This document shows positions 1-9,972 of a DNA stretch of 64,000 bases, in pieces. The stretch is from NCBI GenBank assembly GCA_963846575.1, contig CAWJWJ010000002.1, positions 320,001-384,000 on the forward strand, written 5' to 3'. This stretch comes from an uncultured Nitrospiraceae bacterium. Lineage in GTDB: Bacteria > Nitrospirota > Nitrospiria > Nitrospirales > Nitrospiraceae. How positions within the stretch are numbered: the stretch's first letter is position 1; each line of letters starts with the position of its first letter. A program made the position numbers and the translations under genes. The notes beneath the pieces are model-generated. The model saw only the letters and a list, made by a program, of their open reading frames with translations. It was not told the DNA's origin and did not search any database.

Positions 1-319
1 GCCCGCTCGTCATGAGCCCGCTAAAGGACGGGCGGCTCCGCAAAGGCGTGGCAGCCAGACGCTGGCGCCCGAGGACATCCAGGAATCTTTTGATGTGCGC
101 GGCCAGACTGCGGACGATGCGGTGGATAGGGTCGTGGCCGGGCTCGATCGCGCAATTCTGGGGGGCAGTCCTTTCGTGCGCATCATCCATGGGCAGGGGA
201 CAGGCCGGCTCAAGGCGGCATTGCGCGAGTATCTGAAGGCCTCTCCTTACGTGGTGACGTTCAGGCCCGGCGATCGCGCGGAAGGAGGCGATGGCGTCAC
301 GATTGTCGAGCTTCGATGA
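1..319 (+). CDS. mutS2: Endonuclease MutS2, C-terminal Smr domain (5' partial)
   Basis: Smr motifs RGQTADDA, IIHGQGTGRLK, GGDGVTIVEL at the C-terminus; gene runs off the window start. Confidence 0.8.
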   Translation, partial: PARHEPAKGRAAPQRRGSQTLAPEDIQESFDVRGQTADDAVDRVVAGLDRAILGGSPFVRIIHGQGTGRLKAALREYLKASPYVVTFRPGDRAEGGDGVTIVELR

Positions 320-563
320 ACAGGTAGAACGGTGGCTCGTGGATTGTTACTCGCTGAATCGGAAACTACGCTCCGGCAGGGTCTATGTTCGGAGAGAGGA
401 ATTTTGTATGCTAAAGCGACCGTCAGTTGGATGTTCCGCATCTCGGGAGTGTGGCATGGCATGATCTGATCCATGATTCGATTAGGGGCTTCCGTCCCGC
501 AGAGAGATGACTCCCGGCGGGATGGAGGAGGCGAGTCAATATCCTTCAGGATGGCCTGCCGCC

Positions 564-2870
564 ATGAGTCAGCGGGTCAGCCTCCAGAGTTTGATCACCC
601 TGTCTGTGCTGTCGGTCGGCATTCTTTCCGGCACAGTAGGCCTCGCCTATGCCTATTGGCATGCCAAAGAGTCCCTTCAAACCACCGTCGGTATTACGTT
701 CCAGGAAATCGCCCGCCAGAGCGCAGACAAAACCGTCCTCCTGCTGGTCCAGGAAATCGAATGGCTACAGCGGCTCAGTTCGCTGTCTGACATTCGTGCG
801 TCCGTAAAAGGAGAGGGGCGGGGAGAACCGTTCCATCCACAGTTGGAGCAATGGCGCGAAGAGCAGAACCGGTATTTCCACTCGCTGACGATTGTGAAGG
901 CGGATGGACAGATGGTCGGGGGCCAGGCGAGCCATGCCACGCGAAACCTCTATGCCCAGCAGCCATGGTGGCCAACTATTTTTAAGGACGATCGTCCCTG
1001 GGCCGGGCCCTTCACCATCGATGAGGAGGGGCGTGGGTACTGGGAAGTAGTGGTGCGGGTCGGTGGAAGGGACGAGCCGGCGCTCGGGGCCTTGAAGGTT
1101 GTCATCGGGACGGATCGAATCCTGTCGTCGATCGGGGGAAACCGCATCGGCCGAACGGGCCACACGATGATCCTGGCCGACGATGGTTCGGTACTGGCCT
1201 GTTCCCTGCTGCCACCAAGGCTTCACAGGCCACTTCCGGCCATCCTCACAGAACGGGGAACGGGTGTTCCCGCCGCGCGATGGGTGCGGATGGATCGGGA
1301 CACCCACGGCGGCAAGGGAGGCATCATCGGCGTGGCGAGCGTCGTGCTTCCTGCGCCGATCGTCCAGGCGCGTGTCTGGCATATTCTGATGCAGCAGGAT
1401 CCGGAGGAAACATTCGAGCCGCTGCTGACCCTGGTGGGGAAACTCGCGGCCTTCTGGTTTGGGGCGGTCGGATTCATCCTGTGGCTCCGCTGGAGGTTGG
1501 CACGACGGATCGTGCAGCCCCTCACGGCGCTGATACACCGCGTCAACCTGCTTGAACGTTCCGGGCCGTCAGAACCACTTCCGAGTCAGTCGATTGGCTC
1601 ACCTTCAGGGATTGTGGAAATCGACGCCCTTGCCGCGAGTTTCGATGACCTGTCGGAACGGTTAGGTCAGGCTTCACGGGCCAAGACCGAATATGTCAAC
1701 CGGTTGGAGCAGGCGAATCTCGATCTCGCCACCTCGGAAGAACATTACCGGCTGTTGTGGAACCATTCGGTCGATACCAAGATCCTGATCGATCCCACCG
1801 GCGCGGTGCAGGACATCAACCGGCGTGGCGAGGTCACGCTGGGTCGGTCGGCCGCGAGCGTCATCGATCGGCCGGTGTTCGAGCTGGTGGACGACTCCGG
1901 ACGGGTCCGCTTGCAAGAGCAGTTGTCGCTCGTGTTACAGGACGGGGCCGAGCGGCAGGCCGGGATGATGCAGGTGCCCACTCCGTCAGGCCTGTTGACG
2001 ATGGAGGTTGATTTGGTGCCGGTCAAAAAAACCGGCTGCATCGAATCGATCATGTTGCAATTCAGGGACCTCAGCGAACAGAAGGAGCTTGAGCGTCAGT
2101 TGCTCCGATCCGAACGATTGGCATCCTTGAGCCAATTTGCGTCCATGTTCGCCCATGACATCCGCAACCCCTTGGCCGGGATCAAGAAAACATTGGAGTG
2201 GCTGGGCCGTCGTCCGGAGATGGAGCAGGATCCGCCGCGTCGCTGTGTGGCGGATCTGCGTTTCACCACCGACCTGCTCTTGGGCATGATCAACGACATG
2301 CTGGACGTGTATCAGGAAAATTACTCCGGCCTCCCGCTCAGCACGTCACCGGTCTCGCCGAGTCTGCTGCTCAGGGACGTCTTGCATTTGTTTCGGTCCG
2401 AGGCCGAGGCGCAGGGCGTGCAGTTCCGGTTTCAGATTCCCGATGAAGAGATCAGGATCATGGGGGACGGCCGGCGGTTGCAGCGTGTGCTGATCAATCT
2501 GGTCCACAATGCCCTGAAATATTCACCGCCCCAGGGTGTCGTCACGCTCACGCTTCATTTCTCTGAAGCCCCCTCGTCATTTCAGGCCGGTCAAGAGACG
2601 GCAGGCGAGGGCGTGAAGGCCATGATTCAGGTCGAGGACGAGGGCCCCGGCATCGCGCCGGAAGATTTGCCGCATTTGTTTGAAATGTTTTTCAGGAAAA
2701 AGGACGGACAGGACTATCGCATCGGTCGCGGCCTGGGGTTGCACTTCTGCCAACTGGTCGTCCAGGCGCACGGCGGACGGCTCACGGCCGGCAATCGCCG
2801 GGAAGGCGGCGCGGTATTCAGGGTGGAGTTGCCGGTCCGGCAGGCAGAGGTATGTCCATCACCATCTTGA
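564..2870 (+). CDS. Membrane sensor histidine kinase (Cache-type sensor, HAMP, PAS, HisKA, HATPase)
   Basis: Two TM segments, H-box FAHDIRNPL, N-box NLVHNALKY, DEGPGI and GLGL boxes; ATG 564 preferred over 507. Confidence 0.9.
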   Translation: MSQRVSLQSLITLSVLSVGILSGTVGLAYAYWHAKESLQTTVGITFQEIARQSADKTVLLLVQEIEWLQRLSSLSDIRASVKGEGRGEPFHPQLEQWREEQNRYFHSLTIVKADGQMVGGQASHATRNLYAQQPWWPTIFKDDRPWAGPFTIDEEGRGYWEVVVRVGGRDEPALGALKVVIGTDRILSSIGGNRIGRTGHTMILADDGSVLACSLLPPRLHRPLPAILTERGTGVPAARWVRMDRDTHGGKGGIIGVASVVLPAPIVQARVWHILMQQDPEETFEPLLTLVGKLAAFWFGAVGFILWLRWRLARRIVQPLTALIHRVNLLERSGPSEPLPSQSIGSPSGIVEIDALAASFDDLSERLGQASRAKTEYVNRLEQANLDLATSEEHYRLLWNHSVDTKILIDPTGAVQDINRRGEVTLGRSAASVIDRPVFELVDDSGRVRLQEQLSLVLQDGAERQAGMMQVPTPSGLLTMEVDLVPVKKTGCIESIMLQFRDLSEQKELERQLLRSERLASLSQFASMFAHDIRNPLAGIKKTLEWLGRRPEMEQDPPRRCVADLRFTTDLLLGMINDMLDVYQENYSGLPLSTSPVSPSLLLRDVLHLFRSEAEAQGVQFRFQIPDEEIRIMGDGRRLQRVLINLVHNALKYSPPQGVVTLTLHFSEAPSSFQAGQETAGEGVKAMIQVEDEGPGIAPEDLPHLFEMFFRKKDGQDYRIGRGLGLHFCQLVVQAHGGRLTAGNRREGGAVFRVELPVRQAEVCPSPS

Positions 2871-3496
2871 TCGCTGAAGATCAACGGTTATTCCGGCAGA
2901 GCCTGCGCATGCTGCTCGAACACGAGCGCGACCTCGTGGTGGTGGGGGAGGCGATGGACGGCCGGCAGGCGTTTGACCTGACAATGAAAGAGAAACCGAG
3001 CATCGTCTTGATGGACGTGGACATGCCGCGATTGGACGGCATCACCGCCACGCGATTGATCCGGAGTTGTGTGCCGGACACCAAGGTACTCATGCTGTCG
3101 GTGCATGACGACGATGCCCGCATCGTGGCGGCGGTGCGGGCGGGGGCCTGCGGGTACATCCTCAAGGACGCGGACCATCAGGAGTTCCTGCGGATCATTC
3201 GAGCCACCTTCATGGGCCAACCGGTGCAATCGGCCTTCATGCCCGACGGGTTCGCCAAACAAGCGGTGGCCTTCATCCACAAACAGGACGAATCCGGTTC
3301 CCGCGGGTTGGATCTTTTAACCGATCGCGAACGAGAAATCCTGGCCTGCGCGGCATCGGGAGGCAGCAACAAGGATATTGCCGATCAACTCTGCGTGTCT
3401 CTCGATACCGTCAAAACCCACCTCCACCACATCTATCAAAAGTTGAAGGTGAGTGGCCGGGTCGAAGCAGTCCTCACCTACCTGGGTAGTCTCTAA
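2852..3496 (+). CDS. NarL/LuxR-family response regulator
   Basis: REC domain (LIAED, MDVDMP, GYILKD) plus LTDREREIL...TVKTHLHHIYQKL HTH; overlaps the kinase. Confidence 0.92.
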   Translation: MSITILIAEDQRLFRQSLRMLLEHERDLVVVGEAMDGRQAFDLTMKEKPSIVLMDVDMPRLDGITATRLIRSCVPDTKVLMLSVHDDDARIVAAVRAGACGYILKDADHQEFLRIIRATFMGQPVQSAFMPDGFAKQAVAFIHKQDESGSRGLDLLTDREREILACAASGGSNKDIADQLCVSLDTVKTHLHHIYQKLKVSGRVEAVLTYLGSL

Positions 3497-3520
3497 GCGT
3501 TCAGCCTCATCACCGTGGGC

Positions 3521-3557
3521 CTCACCCGAAGGGTGGAGAAAAAATCCACCCTCCGGG
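3521..3557. promoter_or_regulatory. Nested inverted repeats, candidate response-regulator operator or hairpin
   Basis: CCCGAAGGGTGGA-N7-TCCACCCTCCGGG (1 mismatch) and CTCACCC-GAA-GGGTGGAG, between the regulator and the secreted-protein genes. Confidence 0.45.
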
Positions 3558-3651
3558 CAATGGGCCTGTGTCGCTGCTCTCGTTAGAGTCATGGGCGTCA
3601 CCTTTGGTGGCGTGGTCGAACACATCATGTGAATTGAAGGAGGGCGGTACC

Positions 3652-3975
3652 ATGAGCAAGGGATGGAGGAGAGGAGCCATGCTGGTTTGTGTTGTCGCGA
3701 TGGCGATGGTGTTCGCGTCTCCCACTCAGGCCCAGGTTATCCATACCGACACCAGTCTCCAGTCGGAGTCGCCACAAAAAGAGTCATCGCCGGAGGGTGG
3801 TGCCATATTCATCGAGCCGCCGAGCGGCGATCTGGAGAAAGGATTTGATCGTCAGCTATCCGTGCCGGAAACCGGTGCATCCGGCGCCATGGACACGAAC
3901 ATGCTGAAGATGCCGGACCGAAACGATGCGGAGAATGCCCGTGAATCCGACAGTCGGTCGGGAGTTTCCTTCTGA
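3652..3975 (+). CDS. Secreted hypothetical protein, acidic low-complexity
   Basis: AGGAGG before ATG 3652; signal peptide ending TQA-Q. Confidence 0.7.
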   Translation: MSKGWRRGAMLVCVVAMAMVFASPTQAQVIHTDTSLQSESPQKESSPEGGAIFIEPPSGDLEKGFDRQLSVPETGASGAMDTNMLKMPDRNDAENARESDSRSGVSF

Positions 3976-4018
3976 CCTCGGTCTCGGGACCGTCCCGTCA
4001 TGACAGAGGAGGCGTACC

Positions 4019-4414
4019 ATGAATACTCAGAGGAAAGGATACGGTTTCTGGGCGCTTTACTTGGGATTATGCATCGGTTTGAGCCTGCTCATTGGGTCCG
4101 CCCCTGCTCAGCAATCGTGGGTCGATGAGATCACTACTTCACTCAATTTCTACAAAACCAATTATCCCGGCTCCAATTGGGAGCCCTATAGCCAGCGGCT
4201 GCAGGTGGTGAAGGAGGCGGTGGGCAGCGGGGATACCAAGAGGGTCAAGACCGAAATGGGAAAGTGGTTCAAAATGCTCAGGACGCGCGATCAGGGGATT
4301 CATGATGTCGCGGCTGATGAACTGTTCAACTTCGCATTGATGGTCACGCCGATCGAGGAATACGGCATCACGGTTCCGCCGATCCCGGGGGGCGGCGGTG
4401 AAATGGGCTATTGA
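4019..4414 (+). CDS. Secreted hypothetical helical protein
   Basis: AGGAGG RBS; signal peptide ending APA-QQ. Confidence 0.8.
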   Translation: MNTQRKGYGFWALYLGLCIGLSLLIGSAPAQQSWVDEITTSLNFYKTNYPGSNWEPYSQRLQVVKEAVGSGDTKRVKTEMGKWFKMLRTRDQGIHDVAADELFNFALMVTPIEEYGITVPPIPGGGGEMGY

Positions 4415-4448
4415 CCGGCCTGTCAGGTCTCAGCCGCCGTAAAAGGAG

Positions 4449-4964
4449 ATGACCATGAGGTGGAAAACATGCATTGTCGTCGGTGCATTAGGCTTGTTCT
4501 GTCCGGCAGGGGTCAGCCGGGCAGATCCTACGGACGGTCTCACGTTAGGGGTACATCTGGCATTGAGCGGTCAAATTGCCAAAATTGAAAGCGGGCTCTT
4601 GTTTGTGAAACTGCCGAACGGGATGCAACTGCGGACGATCAGTCCAAACAAGGCCGACCGCGTCGGACTGCATCATGCCCGGATCGGTGATGAAGTGTGG
4701 CTGCTGATCGATTCAGGAAATGTGTTGCTGGATGCCTCTCGACCGGGCGGGGTACTGTTCGAGAACCACAAAGTGCTTGCCGGTCGTATCCATTATGCGG
4801 ACCCTTTCTGGGGCGAAATCCAGCTTTCGACGCCCGAGGGATTTGAGCGCTATGAAGTCGATACGCTTGCGGGGAGCAAGCTGTCGGTCTTCCAGGAGGG
4901 CATGCCAGTGACGATCGAGTTGGACGCGGATAACGTGATGATCGACATTCACGCCGGACGGTGA
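4449..4964 (+). CDS. Secreted protein with two tandem OB-fold-like (DUF5666-like) repeats
   Basis: Signal peptide; GQIAKI...GDEVWLLIDSGNVLLD mirrored by GRIHYA...GMPVTIELDADNVMID. Confidence 0.7.
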   Translation: MTMRWKTCIVVGALGLFCPAGVSRADPTDGLTLGVHLALSGQIAKIESGLLFVKLPNGMQLRTISPNKADRVGLHHARIGDEVWLLIDSGNVLLDASRPGGVLFENHKVLAGRIHYADPFWGEIQLSTPEGFERYEVDTLAGSKLSVFQEGMPVTIELDADNVMIDIHAGR

Positions 4965-5108
4965 GGCCTCGTCGTCGGTCGCCCCGCGTTCGCCTTGACA
5001 TCATCAGGAGTGGATCGTACCATTTCAGGCGTCGCGCTTCTGCTGGTCCTCCACCCGCAGGGGCGCGATTCCTCTCAGCTCACAACGCGAACACAGCAGG
5101 GGCGGACC

Positions 5109-5891
5109 ATGCAACGTCGTCTCCTATGGATGATGACCTGGCTGGTAGCCGGAGGATGGCTCGTCGTGACGGTTCCCGCTCGGGGACTTGAGTCGCCTAA
5201 ACAGTCCGGTATCCCCCTGCATACCATCCTGGAACTCGAACAGACCGCCCGTTTGGTGGCTATCCTTCTCGATTCAGGCCGTGCAGTCGTCAACGATAAC
5301 CAGACATTGTTGGAGGATTCGACGAAAGCCGATAAGGGATTTACGTCGGAGGTCTTCGAACGACAACTGGTAGAGATGTTTCGCGGACGTGGCGGCATGG
5401 ATCTGCGTGAACTCGACAGCATGGCACTGTCGCAACGGAGCAAGCAGCTGCTCAAGGACCTGGTGACGGTGAGTAAGCAGGTCGTCGAGGACGCTCAAAC
5501 GAACCTCAATCGACAAGGGACCGGGTTCACGGGGTTTCTTCCGGCGGTGTTCGGCGCGCGGGTCGCGGCCCGGTTCACCGCTCAGACCGGTGTGAGACTG
5601 AAACAAACGGCGTTGGTCCCACGGAACCCAGCCAACCGTCCGGACCCGTACGAACGGGTTGCGCTGGAAGCGTTTGCCGATTCCACCTATCCCCGGGAGA
5701 AGGTCATCAGTGAGATCGCAGCCAGCAGCACTGTCCTGCGCCTGATGTATCCGTTGTATGCGACCAGACATTGCCTGGATTGCCATGGGGAGCCCAAGGG
5801 AAGCCTCGACCGAACGGGTTATGCACGGGAAGGCCTCACATTGGGGCAGAATGCCGGTGCCATTAGCGTCCTGTTGCCGGTCACGAAATGA
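5109..5891 (+). CDS. DUF3365/Tll0287-like periplasmic c-type heme protein
   Basis: Signal peptide, PRNPANRPDPYE, CLDCH heme motif, GAISV C-terminus. Confidence 0.85.
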   Translation: MQRRLLWMMTWLVAGGWLVVTVPARGLESPKQSGIPLHTILELEQTARLVAILLDSGRAVVNDNQTLLEDSTKADKGFTSEVFERQLVEMFRGRGGMDLRELDSMALSQRSKQLLKDLVTVSKQVVEDAQTNLNRQGTGFTGFLPAVFGARVAARFTAQTGVRLKQTALVPRNPANRPDPYERVALEAFADSTYPREKVISEIAASSTVLRLMYPLYATRHCLDCHGEPKGSLDRTGYAREGLTLGQNAGAISVLLPVTK

Positions 5892-7501
5892 GAACTTCTG
5901 TGGTTCTGCTGATCCTGATGGTGTGCGCGCCCGTCGCCAGCGGACGGGCGAGTGAACCTCAGTCGACACCGGTGGAAAGGCCGGCCGGCAGCGGCGTCAT
6001 TGTCCACCATGATGGATACGTCCTCACCGCGCATCACGTCGTGGCCAACGCCAAGCGGATCACGGTCGTGACGTCGGGAGAATTTCGCGTTCCTGCCCTC
6101 CTGGTCAGCGCCGATGCCGAACACGATCTGGCATTGCTGAAGGTCGAGACCGTCGGCTTCAACGAGGCTCCACTCGGTTACGCCGGAGGGGTGAAGTTGG
6201 ATCAGGAAGTGATCGCCGTCGGATTCCAGTTCGGCCTGCGCGAGATCACGGTCAGCCGTGGACGGGTCGCCGCCGTACGGACGAAAGGCGTGCAGCGGGT
6301 CTTTCAAGTGGATGCGGCGGTGAATCCCGGCAACAGCGGAGGGCCGGTCTTCAACCGCCGCGGCGAGGTCGTGGGGATTCTCACCACGAAGTTCAGCCAT
6401 CCCTCTGGGATCGTCCCTGAAGGCATGGCGTTCGCCGTGCCGATCAGTTATGCGACCCCGCTGTTGGCGAACATCCCGGACTTTGATTTTTCCTCCATCG
6501 GTAAGGTCAGCAAGGAACCCAAACCGAAACAGGAGAGCCCGGGCCTGGTAACCCAGTTGGCGCGCACATCCGTCAGGATCGAGACCGTGAGGATCTCGGC
6601 CGCCGCGACTACCACTCTCCCCCCCGGGCCGACTCCTCCCTCACCAGACAACCGGCAGACTGCTCATCCCTCGACGACTCGTGTGCCGGCCCCTTCCGCC
6701 TCTTCTCTTGAGTTACCCCCGTTGGCGGGTGAGGACGAAGTTGCACGGGTAACTGTTCAGCTTCGGGCTAACCAGCAGGAGGAACTCAAGCGGCTCCGCG
6801 ATCAGGGTCTGACTCCTCCGCAGGGCATGGCGCTGATTCCGGCAGGTGAATTTTTCATGGGAGCGGAGGACGGCCCCGCCGATGCGCGACCGCTCCATCC
6901 TGTCTACCTGAGCGCGTACTGGATCGATGTGCACGGGGTGACGAATGCCGACTATCGGCGGTGCGTCGATCGGGGAGGGTGTCTGCCCCCGAAAGTGCGT
7001 CAGGCATTTGATGACTCGCAGATGGATGCTCATCCGGTGACCAATGTCACCTGGATGCAAGCTCGAGCCTATTGTGAATGGCTGGAAAAGAGGTTGCCCA
7101 CGGAGGCCGAATGGGAGAAAGCGGCGCGTGGGACCGATGGCCGGCGGTATCCTTGGGGCAACGGTGATGAAGTCATTCAACAAGGGAGGCTCCATGTAGG
7201 ACACCCGTTGGCCAACGGTGTCGATTCGATTGAAGCATCGTCGGTCTTGCTTTCACCCTACGGAGTGTCCGGCATGGTCGGAGTGGTGTCTGAATGGGTG
7301 AAAGATTGGTACGCGGAAGACTTTTATCCCACGTCGCCATCACGAGATCCGCAGGGGCCGCTACGCGGAACCTTTCGCGTTCTACGCGGTGGGAGTTGGA
7401 TGGAACGCCCCATTGAATTGCGCACCAGCTATCGCGCGTGGGATGAGATGACGTACTGGGGGCCGACCTTGGGATTCCGCTGTGCGAACGACGTTCCATA
7501 G
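5888..7501 (+). CDS. Secreted HtrA-type serine protease fused to an FGE-sulfatase (SUMF1) domain
   Basis: Triad motifs TAHHV, DLALL, GNSGG; Pro-rich linker; RLPTEAEWEKAARG, RGGSW, GFRC; ATGA overlap with the upstream gene. Confidence 0.88.
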   Translation: MRTSVVLLILMVCAPVASGRASEPQSTPVERPAGSGVIVHHDGYVLTAHHVVANAKRITVVTSGEFRVPALLVSADAEHDLALLKVETVGFNEAPLGYAGGVKLDQEVIAVGFQFGLREITVSRGRVAAVRTKGVQRVFQVDAAVNPGNSGGPVFNRRGEVVGILTTKFSHPSGIVPEGMAFAVPISYATPLLANIPDFDFSSIGKVSKEPKPKQESPGLVTQLARTSVRIETVRISAAATTTLPPGPTPPSPDNRQTAHPSTTRVPAPSASSLELPPLAGEDEVARVTVQLRANQQEELKRLRDQGLTPPQGMALIPAGEFFMGAEDGPADARPLHPVYLSAYWIDVHGVTNADYRRCVDRGGCLPPKVRQAFDDSQMDAHPVTNVTWMQARAYCEWLEKRLPTEAEWEKAARGTDGRRYPWGNGDEVIQQGRLHVGHPLANGVDSIEASSVLLSPYGVSGMVGVVSEWVKDWYAEDFYPTSPSRDPQGPLRGTFRVLRGGSWMERPIELRTSYRAWDEMTYWGPTLGFRCANDVP

Positions 7502-7593
7502 CCCGGACGACTGGAACGCCCCGATCCCTCTTCCCATCCCCGCTCCCCGCTCGAGCCTCGCCTGGCCGCTCCGACGCTCCGGAAGTCCGACTG

Positions 7594-7622
7594 GCCCGGC
7601 CTTGCCTGCGGGAAGGCCGGGC
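7594..7622. terminator. GC-rich hairpin, probable terminator
   Basis: GCCCGGCCTT-N9-AAGGCCGGGC; no clear U-tract. Confidence 0.4.
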
Positions 7623-7801
7623 GTGCATCCCTGGGTTCTTGTTGGATCGCCCCGGGGCGATGAACGACCGATGAGTTCGCGGAAATAGTCAGAGCCTTGA
7701 GGATTCGATGCGTCTGGACCAGGCCGGTTGCCCCCTTCCGCTCTTCTTCATTGTCGCGTACGATAGGCCCCCAGCCAGCGCGTCTGTGTTCGAATCCTCT
7801 T

Positions 7802-9946
7802 ATGAGATCCACTGCTTCTCGGAAACAAGTTCTGTCTGCGGCGGCGGTGGGGTTGGCCGTCTTCGGTCTGATGGCAACCCTGAACCTCACCGGATGGTTT
7901 GAAGTGGCGGAGCTCAAAGCCTTGGATCATCTTGTGCGGCGGTATGCCGATCCCGCCAAGGCCGATCCCGGCCTGCTTTTGCTGGCAGTAGACGAATCCA
8001 GCCTCGAGGCCTTTGGGCGTTGGCCCTGGCCTCGGGATCGTTTCGGCTACGTCGTACGGTATCTCAAAGAGGCCGGAGCCAAGGCCATTGTCTTCGACGT
8101 CCTCTTCCTGGAACCGGATGCAAACGCCGAAGAATTCGATCAATCGTTTGCCGACGATGTCAAAGCGGCGGGGAATGTCTTTCTGCCAATGTTGTTGCAG
8201 GCGGAACCCGACCGCATCCCCCCTGAAATCCAGGCCCAGGCGACAGTACGGGTAGAGCCGTCCGATGCCGGTCGATTCCTGACGGGAGCACCCTATGCAG
8301 GGCTGAAGCTGCCGATCCCGGTCCTGGCGCAACAGGCGCGCGCCCTGGGCGTCATCAACCTTTCTGCCGACGTGGACGGACCCACCAGGCGCATCCCCCT
8401 CTTAGGCGAAGTCAACGGTCAGCTGGTGCCGCACCTGTCGCTGGCCGTGGCGCAATACCTGCTAGGCGCCACCGTCCTCTCGATTCAGGACAACGGCCTG
8501 CATATCGGCGCGCGGACCGTGCCCATGGGAGTGGACGGGACCATGCTCATTGACTGGCACGGGCCACTGGAGCGAACCTACCATGCCAAAAAGTACTCGA
8601 TCGGCCACGTCTTGCAGGCGTTCGTGCAGCAAGCCAAAGGTGAACGGTCCTCTCTCGATCCGGTGCTTTTCAAGGACAAGGTCGTGTTTATTGCCGGTAC
8701 CGCAGCTGGTTTGTACGATCTCCGCGTGACCCCGTTCTCTTCGGCCAGCCCCGGTGTGCTCATTCACATGGCCGCGCTCGACAATATGCTGCATGGGCAG
8801 GCGCTACAACCGACGCCGCGGTGGTTTAGCCAGGCGACGCTGCTCGTGCTCTGCCTTGTCTCAGCCGGCACCTTCATGTTGTTCCGTTCCTACCGCATCA
8901 AATTCGGGGTCACATTGGGGTTGGCCGTGGCTTATTACGGATTGGTCGTGCATGCCTTTTCCGGACATGAGCGATGGTTGGAGTTGGTCTTTCCTGAAGC
9001 GGCATTGGCGCTCACATTCGGGACGGCTGCGACGGTTGAGTATGTGACCGAAGGGAAGCATCGACGGTTGATGCGAGCAGCCTTCGATAAGTATATGTCC
9101 GCCGAGGTCGTCGAAGAGATCATGCGGAATCCAGAGGCGATCAAACTGGGTGGTGAGAAGCGGGAACTGTCGATCTTCTTCTCCGACATCGCGGGGTTTA
9201 CCACCATTTCTGAAACAATGGCGCCGGAAGATCTTGTGGCTTTGCTCAATCGCTACCTGTCGGCCATGACAACCATCATCAAAAACCATCACCGCGGCAA
9301 CGTGAACAAGTATCTGGGTGACGGAATCATGGCGCTCTTCGGTGCCCCGCTGGAAGATTCCAGACATGCCACACTCGCTTGTTATGCGGCGCTGGACTGC
9401 CAGGTTGAGCTGTCCCGGCTCCGGGAGACCTGGACCCAAGAAGGACTTCCGGAGATCGGAGCCAGAATCGGTATTAATTCAGGGCCCTGTATCGTCGGCA
9501 ACATGGGCTCCGATGAACGGATGGAGTATACGGTCATGGGTGACAGCGTGAATCTGGCCTCGCGGCTCGAAGGCGCGAGCAAGTTTTACGACACGCTGAT
9601 TCTGATCGGGCAACGGACCGCCGAATTGGCCCGGGAGGACGTTGAAGTGCGGGAGATCGATCTGCTACGAGTGAAGGGCAAGAAGGAGCCGGTCGTCGTG
9701 TATGAACTGCTGGGCCGCAAGGGGCAACTGGATGAGCGGAAGCGGCGGGTTGTCGAGCTCTACCTGGACGGGCTGGCGGCGTACAAAATGCGGAATCTCT
9801 CGACCGCCTGCGCACGCTTTTCAGAAGCGATGAACCTGGACCCCTCGGATGGGCCTTCACGGGTCTACCTGGATCGATCGACGGCCTATCAACAGAACCC
9901 TCCGCCACCGGACTGGGACGGGGTGTATGAATTGACATCCAAATAA
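7802..9946 (+). CDS. CHASE2-domain class III adenylate cyclase
   Basis: GRWPWPR and PGVLIH (CHASE2), 3 TMs, FSDIAGFT, KYLGDGIMA, GDSVNLASRLEG; TPR-like tail ending WDGVYELTSK. Confidence 0.92.
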   Translation: MRSTASRKQVLSAAAVGLAVFGLMATLNLTGWFEVAELKALDHLVRRYADPAKADPGLLLLAVDESSLEAFGRWPWPRDRFGYVVRYLKEAGAKAIVFDVLFLEPDANAEEFDQSFADDVKAAGNVFLPMLLQAEPDRIPPEIQAQATVRVEPSDAGRFLTGAPYAGLKLPIPVLAQQARALGVINLSADVDGPTRRIPLLGEVNGQLVPHLSLAVAQYLLGATVLSIQDNGLHIGARTVPMGVDGTMLIDWHGPLERTYHAKKYSIGHVLQAFVQQAKGERSSLDPVLFKDKVVFIAGTAAGLYDLRVTPFSSASPGVLIHMAALDNMLHGQALQPTPRWFSQATLLVLCLVSAGTFMLFRSYRIKFGVTLGLAVAYYGLVVHAFSGHERWLELVFPEAALALTFGTAATVEYVTEGKHRRLMRAAFDKYMSAEVVEEIMRNPEAIKLGGEKRELSIFFSDIAGFTTISETMAPEDLVALLNRYLSAMTTIIKNHHRGNVNKYLGDGIMALFGAPLEDSRHATLACYAALDCQVELSRLRETWTQEGLPEIGARIGINSGPCIVGNMGSDERMEYTVMGDSVNLASRLEGASKFYDTLILIGQRTAELAREDVEVREIDLLRVKGKKEPVVVYELLGRKGQLDERKRRVVELYLDGLAAYKMRNLSTACARFSEAMNLDPSDGPSRVYLDRSTAYQQNPPPPDWDGVYELTSK

Positions 9947-9972
9947 ACCGCTGTTCTCAAGGGGAGGAACCT

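Noticed and set aside
6820..7501. Active formylglycine-generating enzyme or EgtB
   Set aside because: Catalytic Cys pair after RGGS is absent; no DinB domain or sulfatase nearby
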